The position numbers were made by a program, and so were the translations under genes. A stretch of DNA of 64,000 bases from Escherichia coli. Lineage in GTDB: Bacteria > Pseudomonadota > Gammaproteobacteria > Enterobacterales > Enterobacteriaceae. The notes below the pieces were generated by a model. It worked only from the letters and a program-made list of their open reading frames with translations, was not told where the DNA came from and made no database searches. This document shows positions 1 to 11,417 of this stretch, piece after piece (the first letter of the stretch is position 1; each line of letters begins with the position of its first letter). The stretch lies in assembly GCF_024700885.2 (NCBI RefSeq), contig NZ_CP117016.1. One strand, written 5' to 3'.

Positions 1-12
1 TGGGAACCGTAA

Positions 13-663
13 TCAGAAAATGCGCTCCTGATGCACCCATACCGCTGCTTCCACGCGAGACTTGAGCTTCATTTTCTTCAGCATGTGCTTGACGTGCACT
101 TTTACTGTGCTTTCGGTGATGTCCAGGCGGCGGGCAATCATCTTGTTCGGCAAACCCTGGGCAATCAGCTTGAGAATATCGCGCTCGCGTGGGGTTAACT
201 GGTTAACATCGCGTTCAGTCGTGGCACGGTTAGCGCGCAAGCTGGCGGCCAGAACCGGCGTTAATGCTTCGCTTAATACCATTTCGCCAGCAGCTGCCTG
301 ATGCAATGCTTTCAGCAGATCTTCCGGCTCCATATCTTTTAACAGATAGCCATCCGCGCCGCGTTTCAGTGCGGTGACCACATCTTCTTCATGGTTAGAG
401 ACGCTGAATACCACAATGCGCCCGGAGAGGGACTTTTCGCGCAGTTTATCCAGCGTTTCCAGACCATTCATGCCGGGCATATTGAGATCTAACAGGATCA
501 GATCGGGATCAAGAGATTCCGCCAGTTCAATACCCTGTTCGCCATTACTCGCTTCGCCAACCACGGTGATATCTGGTGCCATACTGATAAGCTGTTTTAC
601 GCCAGTTCGCAGCATCGGGTGATCGTCGATCAGCAGGATAGTAGCCGGTTCCTGATTACTCAT
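13..663 (-). CDS. narL: nitrate/nitrite response regulator NarL
   Basis: ORF 13..777(-); from the internal Met ([19 protein letters not shown]...) it is a 216-aa receiver + LuxR-type HTH protein recognised as NarL. Confidence 0.93.
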
Positions 664-2452
664 GGGTATCTCCTTGGACGTCTGTGAAAGTTTTTTCGGG
701 AATAAAGGTGACAACCACTTCGGTGCCACCTGATTCACGACGGCGGACGCGGCAATCGCCTCGTAAACTTTGCGCACGGTCGCGCATTATTATCATGCCG
801 TAGTGATTGCTGCGGATGGCATTTTCAGGCACGCCGCAGCCGTTATCCTGGACGGTCAGTTTGACCTGATTATCGTTTTGCGCCACCGTCACCACGACCT
901 CACTCGCTTGCGAATGTTTGAGGGCGTTACTTAATGCCTCACGGGCAATTTGCAACAAGTGGATTGCCTGATGCGAAGGCACCAGACGAGGCGGCAATTG
1001 ATAATCCAGCTTCACCGGGAAGCCAAATTTGGCGCTGTACTCTTCGCAACTCGCCTCCAGCGCTGGACGTAATCCAGGCTCGGTGAGCTGCAAGCGGAAT
1101 GTGGTGAGCAATTCACGCAACTGCGCCCAGGATGCATTCAGTTCGTTACGGATCTGACTTAACAGTTCGCGGCTGCTTTCTGGCAGCGCATCGCCCTGCA
1201 TCTGTAAACAACTCACCTGCATCTTCATGCAAGAGAGAGATTGGGCAATAGAATCATGCAGTTCGCGCGCAATGGTGGCACGCTCTTCCATCACGATCAA
1301 CTGTTGCTGACGTTCCTGATGGCGATCCAACGCCAGCGTGGCGGTGAGTTGTTCAACCAGGGTATCCACCAGTTGTTGTTGATCATGGCTAAGATGACGC
1401 CCCTGCGGCAGGGTCGCCAGCAAAATACCGTACTGCGTATGAGAGTCAGCCAGCCGCCACTTCAGGGTTGTGCCGCGATCGCCAACGGGTAATACGCCGC
1501 GCGGGCAGAGCTGGCAGCCTTTATCATCACAAGTCATATCTGGCTGGCAGGTAAACTCCTGATGATTCTCTTCATCATCAGTGTCATACACCCGCAGTTC
1601 AATATCACGTAGCAGGGTCAAATTCTGTAAGCCGTTGAGTACAGGTGACAGGCGTTCACACAGCGGGGCGCGGGAATGCAATCGGCGGTTGGCCTGCCAT
1701 AAAAAAGAGAGGATCTGATTTTTATGCTCCAGCCCGGCGGTTTTCTCCTGAACCCGCTGCTCAAGTACGGCATAACTTTCGGCCAGTTCTGCAGACATAT
1801 TGTTCAATGCAGTTCCAAGCATCGCCATTTCGTTGCGCCCGCTGATGTTTGCGCGTTGGGTAAAATCGCGATGGCTGACGGCACTCGCCATTGCCAGCAG
1901 TTGCCGCCACGGTTGTAGCAGTCGCGCCCGCAACCAGATAATAGTGAACACCAGTAAAAGTGCCATAAATACCGCCATTACCCGATGGACCAGTACCACT
2001 GTCTCAATGCGCATTTCCGTGGTGCGGTCAAAACCAGATACCAGCTGATCAAGCCCGGCAACAAACTGGCTGACATCCGCTGACACCGTTTCGCGGTTTT
2101 GTGCACGCATCAGCGCAGGGATCAGTTCATTACGCCAGTAATCTTGTAAACCCTGTAATTGCGCCAGTTGTCCGTCTCGTTCCGCTGCTCGAGTCAACTC
2201 GGCGCTAAATGCCGTTTGTTCCATTTCTTTAATTAAGGGCTTGTCTTTCTCGCTTAATGGCACTGCCGCCAACAGACGATAACTTTGCATGCGCAGCGAT
2301 CCCGCTTTGTTGATCGCATGGGCGCTACCCTGAACGCCTTGCACCAGCCAGCCAGAAACTGCCATCCCTGCCAGTCCAATAGCAGTAGAAAGCAACACAA
2401 TAAGCGCAACCTGATTAACCAGGGTGAGCGGAGAGAGACAACGTTTAAGCAT
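656..2452 (-). CDS. narX: nitrate/nitrite sensor histidine kinase NarX
   Basis: 598-aa ORF with TM segments, HAMP and histidine kinase motifs (ELHDSIAQ...); directly upstream of narL with a short overlap. Confidence 0.93.
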
Positions 2453-2548
2453 GTAAACCTCTTCCTTCAGGCTTTAAATGAGCAATAACCTTAATGAATG
2501 TGACGATACATTCTGGAATGGCAGTATTCTCGGCTATTGGCTGAAGTA

Positions 2549-2575
2549 TACCCATACCCGGAAAGAGTTACTCCT
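2549..2575. promoter_or_regulatory. NarL heptamer-like sites (TACCCAT, TACTCCT) upstream of narK
   Basis: Matches to the TACYYMT heptamer consensus at 2549-2555 and 2569-2575 in the narX-narK intergenic region. Confidence 0.35.
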
Positions 2576-2717
2576 TATTTGCCGTGTGGTTAGTCGCTTT
2601 ACATCGGTAAGGGTAGGGATTTTACAGCACCGTGAAAAATCTCATAATTTTTATGAAATCACTGTACTCACTATGGGTAATGATAAATATCAATGATAGA
2701 TAAAGTTATCTTATCGT

Positions 2718-2731
2718 TTGATTTACATCAA
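2718..2731 (+). promoter_or_regulatory. FNR box of the narK promoter
   Basis: TTGAT-N4-ATCAA (ttgatttacatcaa) about 60-70 bp upstream of the narK ATG. Confidence 0.6.
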
Positions 2732-2790
2732 ATTGCCTTTAGCTACAGACACTAAGGTGGCAGACATCGAAACGAGTATCAGAGGTGTCT

Positions 2791-4182
2791 ATGAGTCACT
2801 CATCCGCCCCCGAAAGGGCTACTGGAGCTGTCATTACAGATTGGCGACCGGAAGATCCTGCGTTCTGGCAACAACGCGGTCAACGTATTGCCAGCCGCAA
2901 CCTGTGGATTTCCGTTCCCTGTCTGCTGCTGGCGTTTTGCGTATGGATGTTGTTCAGCGCTGTTGCGGTGAACTTACCGAAAGTCGGTTTTAATTTTACG
3001 ACCGATCAGCTATTTATGTTGACTGCGCTGCCTTCGGTTTCTGGCGCGTTATTACGTGTTCCATACTCCTTTATGGTTCCTATCTTCGGTGGTCGTCGCT
3101 GGACGGCGTTCAGCACCGGTATTCTGATTATTCCTTGCGTCTGGCTGGGTTTTGCCGTGCAGGATACCTCCACGCCTTATAGCGTCTTCATCATCATCTC
3201 TCTGCTGTGCGGCTTTGCTGGCGCGAACTTCGCTTCCAGTATGGCAAACATCAGTTTCTTCTTTCCGAAACAGAAGCAGGGTGGCGCGCTGGGTCTGAAT
3301 GGTGGTCTGGGCAACATGGGCGTCAGCGTCATGCAGTTGGTTGCTCCGCTGGTGGTATCACTGTCGATTTTCGCAGTATTTGGTAGCCAGGGTGTCAAAC
3401 AGCCGGATGGGACTGAGCTGTATCTGGCGAATGCGTCCTGGGTATGGGTGCCGTTCCTTGCCATCTTCACCATTGCGGCGTGGTTTGGCATGAACGATCT
3501 TGCTACCTCGAAAGCCTCCATCAAGGAGCAGTTGCCGGTACTCAAACGGGGTCATCTGTGGATTATGAGCCTGCTGTATCTGGCAACCTTCGGCTCCTTC
3601 ATCGGCTTCTCCGCAGGCTTTGCGATGCTGTCAAAAACGCAGTTCCCGGATGTTCAGATTCTGCAATACGCTTTCTTCGGGCCGTTTATTGGTGCGCTGG
3701 CGCGTTCTGCAGGTGGTGCATTATCTGACCGTCTGGGCGGAACTCGTGTCACACTGGTGAACTTTATCCTGATGGCGATTTTCAGCGGCCTGCTGTTCCT
3801 GACCTTACCGACTGACGGGCAGGGCGGAAGCTTCATGGCGTTCTTCGCAGTATTCCTGGCGCTGTTCCTGACAGCTGGGCTGGGTAGTGGTTCCACTTTC
3901 CAGATGATTTCCGTGATCTTCCGTAAACTGACAATGGATCGCGTGAAAGCAGAAGGGGGTTCTGACGAACGTGCGATGCGTGAAGCGGCAACCGACACGG
4001 CGGCGGCGCTGGGTTTCATCTCTGCGATTGGCGCGATTGGTGGCTTCTTTATCCCGAAAGCGTTCGGTAGCTCGCTGGCATTAACGGGTTCGCCAGTCGG
4101 CGCAATGAAAGTATTTTTGATTTTCTATATCGCCTGCGTAGTGATTACCTGGGCGGTATACGGTCGGCATTCTAAAAAATAA
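2791..4182 (+). CDS. narK: nitrate/nitrite antiporter NarK (MFS)
   Basis: ORF 2785..4182; ATG at 2791 gives a 463-aa polytopic membrane protein (MSHSSAPERATGAVITDWRPEDPAFW...) recognised as NarK. Confidence 0.93.
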   Translation: MSHSSAPERATGAVITDWRPEDPAFWQQRGQRIASRNLWISVPCLLLAFCVWMLFSAVAVNLPKVGFNFTTDQLFMLTALPSVSGALLRVPYSFMVPIFGGRRWTAFSTGILIIPCVWLGFAVQDTSTPYSVFIIISLLCGFAGANFASSMANISFFFPKQKQGGALGLNGGLGNMGVSVMQLVAPLVVSLSIFAVFGSQGVKQPDGTELYLANASWVWVPFLAIFTIAAWFGMNDLATSKASIKEQLPVLKRGHLWIMSLLYLATFGSFIGFSAGFAMLSKTQFPDVQILQYAFFGPFIGALARSAGGALSDRLGGTRVTLVNFILMAIFSGLLFLTLPTDGQGGSFMAFFAVFLALFLTAGLGSGSTFQMISVIFRKLTMDRVKAEGGSDERAMREAATDTAAALGFISAIGAIGGFFIPKAFGSSLALTGSPVGAMKVFLIFYIACVVITWAVYGRHSKK

Positions 4183-4319
4183 ATCTTAATATTTGATTAT
4201 CCTTTGCGCGGCATGATGTCGCGCTTTTTTTATGCATCATTTAGTTACAACATACTAATGTTATATGGCTTATTTCGCCGGATTTCATTAAGAGCCATTA
4301 ATATGTTACCCATGGGGAA

Positions 4320-4432
4320 TACTCCTTAATACCCATCTGCATAAAAATCTTAATAGTTTAAATAACTACAGGTATAAAATGCCTTAATTTACAGTCTTTT
4401 ATGCTGTAACTGTTAATTATCCTAAAGGGGTA
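4320..4432. promoter_or_regulatory. NarL heptamer sites upstream of narG
   Basis: TACTCCT (4320-4326), TACCCAT (4330-4336) and inverted TACCCCT (4426-4432); spacing to the FNR box fits the recalled narG -195/-185/-89 NarL sites. Confidence 0.5.
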
Positions 4433-4469
4433 TCTTAGGAATTTACTTTATTTTTCATCCCCATCACTC

Positions 4470-4483
4470 TTGATCGTTATCAA
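4470..4483 (+). promoter_or_regulatory. FNR box of the narG promoter
   Basis: TTGAT-N4-ATCAA (ttgatcgttatcaa) about 95 bp upstream of the narG ATG. Confidence 0.65.
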
Positions 4484-4574
4484 TTCCCACGCTGTTTCAG
4501 AGCGTTACCTTGCCCTTAAACATTAGCAATGTCGATTTATCAGAGGGCCGACAGGCTCCCACAGGAGAAAACCG

Positions 4575-7500
4575 ATGAGTAAATTCCTGGACCGGTTTCG
4601 CTACTTCAAACAGAAGGGTGAAACCTTTGCCGATGGGCATGGCCAGCTTCTCAATACCAACCGTGACTGGGAGGATGGATATCGCCAGCGTTGGCAGCAT
4701 GACAAAATCGTCCGCTCTACCCACGGGGTAAACTGCACCGGCTCCTGCAGCTGGAAAATCTACGTCAAAAACGGTCTGGTCACCTGGGAAACCCAGCAGA
4801 CTGACTATCCTCGTACCCGCCCGGACCTGCCAAACCATGAACCTCGCGGCTGCCCGCGCGGTGCCAGCTACTCCTGGTATCTTTACAGTGCCAACCGCCT
4901 GAAATACCCGATGATGCGCAAACGCCTGATGAAAATGTGGCGTGAAGCGAAGGCGCTGCATAGCGATCCGGTTGAGGCATGGGCTTCTATCATTGAAGAC
5001 GCCGATAAAGCGAAAAGCTTTAAGCAGGCGCGTGGACGCGGTGGTTTTGTTCGTTCTTCCTGGCAGGAAGTGAACGAACTGATCGCCGCATCTAACGTTT
5101 ACACCATCAAAAACTACGGCCCGGACCGTGTCGCTGGCTTCTCGCCAATTCCGGCAATGTCGATGGTTTCTTACGCGTCGGGTGCGCGTTATCTTTCGCT
5201 GCTTGGCGGTACTTGCTTAAGCTTCTACGACTGGTACTGCGATCTGCCTCCTGCGTCTCCGCAAACCTGGGGCGAGCAAACTGACGTACCGGAATCTGCT
5301 GACTGGTACAACTCCAGCTACATCATCGCCTGGGGGTCAAACGTGCCGCAGACGCGTACTCCGGATGCTCACTTCTTTACTGAAGTGCGTTACAAAGGCA
5401 CCAAAACTGTTGCCGTCACACCGGACTACGCTGAAATCGCCAAACTGTGCGATCTGTGGCTGGCACCGAAACAGGGCACCGACGCAGCAATGGCGCTGGC
5501 GATGGGCCACGTAATGCTGCGTGAATTCCACCTCGACAACCCAAGCCAGTATTTCACCGACTATGTGCGTCGCTACACCGACATGCCGATGCTGGTGATG
5601 CTGGAAGAACGCGACGGTTACTACGCTGCGGGTCGTATGCTGCGCGCTGCTGATCTGGTGGATGCGCTGGGCCAGGAAAACAATCCGGAATGGAAAACTG
5701 TCGCCTTTAATACCAACGGCGAAATGGTTGCGCCGAACGGTTCTATTGGCTTCCGCTGGGGCGAGAAGGGCAAATGGAATCTTGAACAGCGCGACGGCAA
5801 AACTGGCGAAGAAACCGAGCTGCAACTGAGCCTGCTGGGTAGCCAGGATGAGATCGCTGAGGTGGGCTTCCCGTACTTTGGTGGCGACGGCACGGAACAC
5901 TTCAACAAAGTGGAACTGGAAAACGTGCTGCTGCACAAGCTGCCGGTGAAACGCCTGCAACTGGCTGATGGCAGCACCGCCCTGGTGACCACCGTTTATG
6001 ATCTGACGCTGGCAAACTACGGTCTGGAACGTGGCCTGAACGACGTTAACTGTGCAACCAGCTATGACGATGTGAAAGCTTACACCCCTGCCTGGGCCGA
6101 GCAAATCACTGGCGTTTCTCGCAGCCAGATTATCCGTATTGCCCGTGAATTTGCCGACAATGCTGATAAAACGCACGGTCGTTCGATGATTATCGTCGGC
6201 GCGGGGCTGAACCACTGGTATCACCTCGATATGAACTATCGTGGTCTGATCAACATGCTGATTTTCTGCGGCTGTGTAGGTCAGAGCGGTGGTGGCTGGG
6301 CGCACTATGTAGGTCAGGAAAAACTGCGTCCGCAAACCGGCTGGCAGCCGCTGGCGTTTGCCCTTGACTGGCAGCGTCCGGCGCGTCACATGAACAGCAC
6401 CTCTTATTTCTATAATCACTCCAGCCAGTGGCGTTATGAAACCGTGACCGCAGAAGAGTTGTTGTCGCCGATGGCGGATAAATCCCGTTATACCGGACAT
6501 CTGATCGACTTTAACGTCCGTGCAGAACGTATGGGTTGGCTGCCGTCTGCGCCGCAGTTAGGCACTAACCCGCTGACTATCGCTCGCGAAGCGGAAAAAG
6601 CGGGCATGAATCCGGTGGATTACACCGTGAAATCTCTGAAAGAGGGTTCTATCCGTTTTGCGGCAGAACAACCAGAAAACGGTAAAAACCACCCGCGTAA
6701 CCTGTTCATCTGGCGTTCTAACCTGCTCGGTTCTTCCGGTAAAGGTCATGAGTTTATGCTCAAGTACCTGCTGGGGACGGAGCACGGTATCCAGGGTAAA
6801 GATCTGGGGCAGCAGGGCGGCGTGAAGCCGGAAGAAGTGGACTGGCAGGACAATGGTCTGGAAGGCAAGCTGGATCTGGTGGTGACGCTGGACTTCCGTC
6901 TGTCGAGCACCTGTCTCTATTCCGACATCATTTTGCCGACGGCGACCTGGTACGAAAAAGACGACATGAATACTTCGGATATGCATCCGTTTATTCACCC
7001 GCTGTCTGCGGCGGTCGATCCGGCCTGGAAAGCGAAAAGCGACTGGGAAATCTACAAAGCCATCGCGAAGAAATTCTCCGAAGTGTGCGTTGGTCATCTG
7101 GGTAAAGAAACTGACATCGTCACGCTGCCTATCCAGCACGACTCTGCCGCTGAACTGGCGCAGCCGCTGGATGTGAAAGACTGGAAAAAAGGCGAATGCG
7201 ACCTGATCCCAGGTAAAACTGCACCGCACATTATGGTCGTAGAGCGCGATTATCCGGCAACTTACGAACGCTTTACCTCTATCGGCCCGCTGATGGAGAA
7301 AATCGGTAACGGCGGTAAAGGGATTGCCTGGAACACCCAGAGTGAGATGGATCTGCTGCGTAAGCTCAACTACACCAAAGCGGAAGGTCCGGCAAAAGGT
7401 CAGCCGATGCTCAATACCGCAATTGATGCGGCAGAGATGATCCTGACGCTGGCACCGGAAACCAATGGTCAGGTAGCTGTAAAAGCCTGGGCTGCCCTGA

Positions 7501-8318
7501 GCGAGTTTACCGGTCGTGACCATACGCATCTGGCGCTGAATAAAGAAGACGAGAAGATTCGCTTCCGCGATATTCAGGCACAGCCGCGCAAAATCATCTC
7601 CAGCCCGACCTGGTCTGGCCTTGAAGATGAACACGTTTCTTACAACGCCGGTTACACCAACGTTCACGAGCTGATCCCGTGGCGTACGCTCTCTGGCCGT
7701 CAGCAGCTGTATCAGGATCACCAATGGATGCGTGATTTCGGTGAAAGCTTGCTGGTTTATCGTCCGCCGATCGACACCCGTTCGGTGAAAGAAGTGATGG
7801 GCCAGAAATCTAATGGCAACCCGGAAAAAGCGCTCAACTTCCTGACGCCGCACCAGAAGTGGGGTATCCACTCCACTTACAGCGACAACCTGCTGATGCT
7901 GACTTTAGGTCGCGGTGGTCCGGTGGTCTGGTTGAGTGAAGCCGATGCCAAAGAGCTGGGTATCGCCGATAACGACTGGATTGAAGTCTTCAACAGCAAC
8001 GGTGCACTGACTGCCCGTGCGGTTGTCAGCCAGCGTGTTCCGGCAGGGATGACCATGATGTACCACGCGCAGGAACGTATCGTTAACCTGCCTGGTTCAG
8101 AAATCACCAGCCAGCGCGGCGGTATTCATAACTCGGTCACCCGTATCACGCCGAAACCGACGCATATGATCGGTGGCTATGCCCATCTGGCATACGGCTT
8201 TAACTACTACGGCACCGTAGGTTCTAACCGCGATGAGTTTGTTGTGGTGCGTAAGATGAAGAACATTGACTGGTTAGATGGCGAAGGCAATGACCAGGTA
8301 CAGGAGAGCGTAAAATGA
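4575..8318 (+). CDS. narG: respiratory nitrate reductase A alpha subunit
   Basis: 1247-aa ORF with N-terminal Cys cluster (HGVNCTGSCSWKIY) and molybdopterin oxidoreductase hallmarks; operon position. Confidence 0.95.
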   Translation: MSKFLDRFRYFKQKGETFADGHGQLLNTNRDWEDGYRQRWQHDKIVRSTHGVNCTGSCSWKIYVKNGLVTWETQQTDYPRTRPDLPNHEPRGCPRGASYSWYLYSANRLKYPMMRKRLMKMWREAKALHSDPVEAWASIIEDADKAKSFKQARGRGGFVRSSWQEVNELIAASNVYTIKNYGPDRVAGFSPIPAMSMVSYASGARYLSLLGGTCLSFYDWYCDLPPASPQTWGEQTDVPESADWYNSSYIIAWGSNVPQTRTPDAHFFTEVRYKGTKTVAVTPDYAEIAKLCDLWLAPKQGTDAAMALAMGHVMLREFHLDNPSQYFTDYVRRYTDMPMLVMLEERDGYYAAGRMLRAADLVDALGQENNPEWKTVAFNTNGEMVAPNGSIGFRWGEKGKWNLEQRDGKTGEETELQLSLLGSQDEIAEVGFPYFGGDGTEHFNKVELENVLLHKLPVKRLQLADGSTALVTTVYDLTLANYGLERGLNDVNCATSYDDVKAYTPAWAEQITGVSRSQIIRIAREFADNADKTHGRSMIIVGAGLNHWYHLDMNYRGLINMLIFCGCVGQSGGGWAHYVGQEKLRPQTGWQPLAFALDWQRPARHMNSTSYFYNHSSQWRYETVTAEELLSPMADKSRYTGHLIDFNVRAERMGWLPSAPQLGTNPLTIAREAEKAGMNPVDYTVKSLKEGSIRFAAEQPENGKNHPRNLFIWRSNLLGSSGKGHEFMLKYLLGTEHGIQGKDLGQQGGVKPEEVDWQDNGLEGKLDLVVTLDFRLSSTCLYSDIILPTATWYEKDDMNTSDMHPFIHPLSAAVDPAWKAKSDWEIYKAIAKKFSEVCVGHLGKETDIVTLPIQHDSAAELAQPLDVKDWKKGECDLIPGKTAPHIMVVERDYPATYERFTSIGPLMEKIGNGGKGIAWNTQSEMDLLRKLNYTKAEGPAKGQPMLNTAIDAAEMILTLAPETNGQVAVKAWAALSEFTGRDHTHLALNKEDEKIRFRDIQAQPRKIISSPTWSGLEDEHVSYNAGYTNVHELIPWRTLSGRQQLYQDHQWMRDFGESLLVYRPPIDTRSVKEVMGQKSNGNPEKALNFLTPHQKWGIHSTYSDNLLMLTLGRGGPVVWLSEADAKELGIADNDWIEVFNSNGALTARAVVSQRVPAGMTMMYHAQERIVNLPGSEITSQRGGIHNSVTRITPKPTHMIGGYAHLAYGFNYYGTVGSNRDEFVVVRKMKNIDWLDGEGNDQVQESVK

Positions 8319-9853
8319 AAATTCGTTCACAAGTCGGCATGGTGCTGAATCTCGATAAGTGCATCGGCTGCCACACCTGTTCAGTTACCTGTAAAAACGT
8401 CTGGACCAGCCGCGAAGGTGTGGAATACGCGTGGTTCAACAACGTGGAAACCAAGCCGGGCCAGGGCTTCCCGACTGACTGGGAAAACCAGGAAAAATAC
8501 AAAGGCGGCTGGATCCGTAAAATCAACGGCAAACTGCAGCCGCGCATGGGTAACCGCGCCATGCTGCTGGGTAAAATCTTTGCTAACCCGCATCTGCCGG
8601 GTATCGACGATTATTACGAGCCGTTCGATTTTGATTATCAGAACCTGCATACCGCGCCGGAAGGCAGCAAATCGCAGCCGATTGCCCGTCCGCGTTCGCT
8701 GATTACCGGCGAACGGATGGCGAAAATCGAAAAAGGGCCGAACTGGGAAGATGACCTGGGCGGTGAGTTTGACAAGCTGGCGAAAGACAAGAACTTCGAC
8801 AACATCCAGAAGGCGATGTATAGCCAGTTCGAAAACACCTTCATGATGTATTTGCCGCGCCTGTGCGAACACTGCCTGAACCCGGCATGTGTGGCGACCT
8901 GCCCGAGTGGTGCGATTTACAAGCGTGAAGAAGATGGCATCGTCCTGATCGACCAGGATAAATGCCGTGGCTGGCGTATGTGCATCACCGGATGCCCGTA
9001 CAAAAAAATCTACTTCAACTGGAAGAGCGGTAAGTCTGAGAAGTGCATCTTCTGCTATCCGCGTATTGAAGCCGGTCAGCCGACGGTATGCTCTGAAACC
9101 TGTGTCGGTCGTATCCGTTATCTCGGCGTGCTGCTGTACGATGCGGACGCCATTGAACGTGCAGCCAGCACCGAGAACGAGAAAGATCTCTACCAGCGTC
9201 AGCTGGAGGTGTTCCTCGATCCGAACGATCCGAAAGTCATCGAGCAGGCAATTAAAGACGGTATTCCGCTGAGCGTTATTGAAGCCGCACAGCAGTCGCC
9301 GGTTTATAAAATGGCGATGGAATGGAAACTGGCGCTGCCGCTGCATCCGGAATATCGCACACTGCCGATGGTCTGGTACGTGCCGCCTCTGTCTCCGATT
9401 CAGTCTGCAGCAGATGCGGGCGAGCTGGGCAGCAACGGAATTCTGCCAGACGTCGAAAGCTTGCGTATTCCGGTACAGTATCTGGCGAATCTGCTGACCG
9501 CCGGTGATACCAAACCGGTACTGCGCGCGCTGAAACGTATGCTGGCGATGCGTCATTACAAACGTGCTGAAACCGTTGACGGTAAAGTTGATACCCGTGC
9601 GCTGGAAGAGGTCGGTCTGACCGAAGCCCAGGCACAGGAGATGTACCGTTATCTGGCGATTGCTAACTACGAAGATCGCTTTGTGGTGCCGAGTAGTCAT
9701 CGTGAACTGGCACGGGAAGCCTTCCCGGAGAAAAATGGCTGCGGCTTTACCTTTGGTGATGGCTGCCACGGTTCAGATACCAAATTCAATCTGTTCAACA
9801 GCCGTCGTATCGATGCCATCGATGTGACCAGCAAAACGGAGCCGCATCCATGA
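8315..9853 (+). CDS. narH: respiratory nitrate reductase A beta subunit (Fe-S)
   Basis: 512-aa ORF with multiple CxxCxxCxxxC ferredoxin motifs; start overlaps narG stop. Confidence 0.95.
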   Translation: MKIRSQVGMVLNLDKCIGCHTCSVTCKNVWTSREGVEYAWFNNVETKPGQGFPTDWENQEKYKGGWIRKINGKLQPRMGNRAMLLGKIFANPHLPGIDDYYEPFDFDYQNLHTAPEGSKSQPIARPRSLITGERMAKIEKGPNWEDDLGGEFDKLAKDKNFDNIQKAMYSQFENTFMMYLPRLCEHCLNPACVATCPSGAIYKREEDGIVLIDQDKCRGWRMCITGCPYKKIYFNWKSGKSEKCIFCYPRIEAGQPTVCSETCVGRIRYLGVLLYDADAIERAASTENEKDLYQRQLEVFLDPNDPKVIEQAIKDGIPLSVIEAAQQSPVYKMAMEWKLALPLHPEYRTLPMVWYVPPLSPIQSAADAGELGSNGILPDVESLRIPVQYLANLLTAGDTKPVLRALKRMLAMRHYKRAETVDGKVDTRALEEVGLTEAQAQEMYRYLAIANYEDRFVVPSSHRELAREAFPEKNGCGFTFGDGCHGSDTKFNLFNSRRIDAIDVTSKTEPHP

Positions 9854-10560
9854 TCGAACTCGTGATTGTATCGCGTCTCCTTGAATATCCGGATGCTGCC
9901 TTATGGCAGCATCAACAAGAGATGTTTGAGGCGATTGCCGCGTCGAAAAATCTGCCAAAAGAGGATGCCCACGCGCTGGGCATTTTCCTGCGCGATTTAA
10001 CGGCGATGGATCCGCTCGATGCTCAGGCCCAGTACAGCGAACTGTTCGACCGTGGCCGCGCCACGTCGTTGTTGCTGTTTGAACATGTGCACGGCGAATC
10101 CCGCGACCGCGGTCAGGCGATGGTAGACCTGCTGGCGCAGTATGAGCAGCACGGTTTGCAGTTAAACAGCCGCGAATTGCCGGACCATCTGCCGCTGTAT
10201 CTGGAGTACCTGGCGCAGCTGCCGCAAAGCGAAGCCGTGGAGGGTTTGAAAGATATTGCGCCGATTCTGGCATTGCTGAGTGCGCGTCTGCAACAGCGTG
10301 AAAGCCGTTATGCCGTGCTGTTTGATCTGCTGCTGAAACTGGCGAATACCGCAATCGACAGCGACAAAGTGGCGGAAAAAATTGCCGACGAAGCGCGCGA
10401 CGATACGCCGCAGGCGCTGGATGCTGTCTGGGAAGAAGAGCAGGTTAAATTCTTTGCTGACAAAGGCTGCGGTGATTCAGCAATCACTGCCCATCAACGT
10501 CGCTTTGCCGGTGCCGTCGCGCCGCAATATCTGAATATCACCACCGGAGGACAGCACTAA
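9850..10560 (+). CDS. narJ: nitrate reductase assembly chaperone
   Basis: 236-aa ORF translationally coupled between narH and narI. Confidence 0.9.
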   Translation: MIELVIVSRLLEYPDAALWQHQQEMFEAIAASKNLPKEDAHALGIFLRDLTAMDPLDAQAQYSELFDRGRATSLLLFEHVHGESRDRGQAMVDLLAQYEQHGLQLNSRELPDHLPLYLEYLAQLPQSEAVEGLKDIAPILALLSARLQQRESRYAVLFDLLLKLANTAIDSDKVAEKIADEARDDTPQALDAVWEEEQVKFFADKGCGDSAITAHQRRFAGAVAPQYLNITTGGQH

Positions 10561-11237
10561 TGCAATTCCTGAATATGTTCTTCTTTGATATCTACCCGTA
10601 CATAGCCGGGGCGGTCTTCCTGATTGGTAGCTGGCTGCGTTATGACTACGGGCAGTATACCTGGCGCGCGGCGTCCAGCCAGATGCTGGATCGCAAAGGG
10701 ATGAACCTGGCGTCGAACCTGTTCCATATCGGTATTCTGGGGATTTTTGTCGGTCACTTCTTCGGTATGCTGACGCCGCACTGGATGTATGAAGCCTGGC
10801 TGCCGATTGAAGTGAAACAGAAAATGGCGATGTTTGCTGGTGGTGCCAGCGGCGTGCTGTGTCTGATTGGCGGCGTACTGTTGCTGAAACGTCGTCTGTT
10901 CAGCCCACGCGTGCGTGCAACGACTACCGGAGCGGATATCCTGATCCTGTCGCTGCTCGTTATCCAGTGCGCACTCGGCCTGCTGACCATTCCTTTCTCC
11001 GCCCAGCATATGGATGGTAGCGAGATGATGAAACTGGTTGGCTGGGCGCAGTCGGTGGTGACCTTCCACGGTGGTGCTTCTCAACACCTTGATGGCGTGG
11101 CGTTTATCTTCCGTCTGCACCTGGTACTGGGGATGACGTTATTCCTGCTGTTCCCGTTCTCACGTCTGGTGCACATCTGGAGCGTACCGGTGGAGTATCT
11201 GACACGTAAGTATCAGCTGGTGCGCGCTCGTCACTAA
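10560..11237 (+). CDS. narI: respiratory nitrate reductase A gamma subunit (cytochrome b)
   Basis: 225-aa polytopic membrane ORF, last gene of narGHJI. Confidence 0.93.
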   Translation: MQFLNMFFFDIYPYIAGAVFLIGSWLRYDYGQYTWRAASSQMLDRKGMNLASNLFHIGILGIFVGHFFGMLTPHWMYEAWLPIEVKQKMAMFAGGASGVLCLIGGVLLLKRRLFSPRVRATTTGADILILSLLVIQCALGLLTIPFSAQHMDGSEMMKLVGWAQSVVTFHGGASQHLDGVAFIFRLHLVLGMTLFLLFPFSRLVHIWSVPVEYLTRKYQLVRARH

Positions 11238-11257
11238 GCGAATTTTAGTTTGCATAG

Positions 11258-11282
11258 ACCCCGCTTCGGCGGGGTTTTTTTA
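11258..11282 (+). terminator. rho-independent terminator of narGHJI
   Basis: GC stem accccgc/gcggggt with ttcg loop followed by a T-run, 20 bp after the narI stop. Confidence 0.8.
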
Positions 11283-11303
11283 TGGGCACGGTACGGGGTG
11301 AGT

Positions 11304-11357
11304 TGTCGGATGCGCTTCGCTTATCCGACCTACAGGGGAGGATATTGTAGGTCCGGT
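11304..11357. repeat. REP/BIME-like palindromic element
   Basis: gtcggatgcgcttcgcttatccgacctaca resembles the REP consensus (GCCGGATG...TTATCCGGCCTAC), followed by a partial inverted copy. Confidence 0.6.
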
Positions 11358-11417
11358 AAACGCGGTGCCATTGGGCAGAATTAGCTCGGAGTAACAGGTT
11401 TTGAGTATTTACAGGAA

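Noticed and set aside
5337-9769. Long minus-strand ORFs (387, 437 and 462 aa) inside narG and narH
   Set aside because: Antisense to the well-supported narG/narH coding sequences; Arg/His-rich compositions typical of shadow frames in GC-rich genes.
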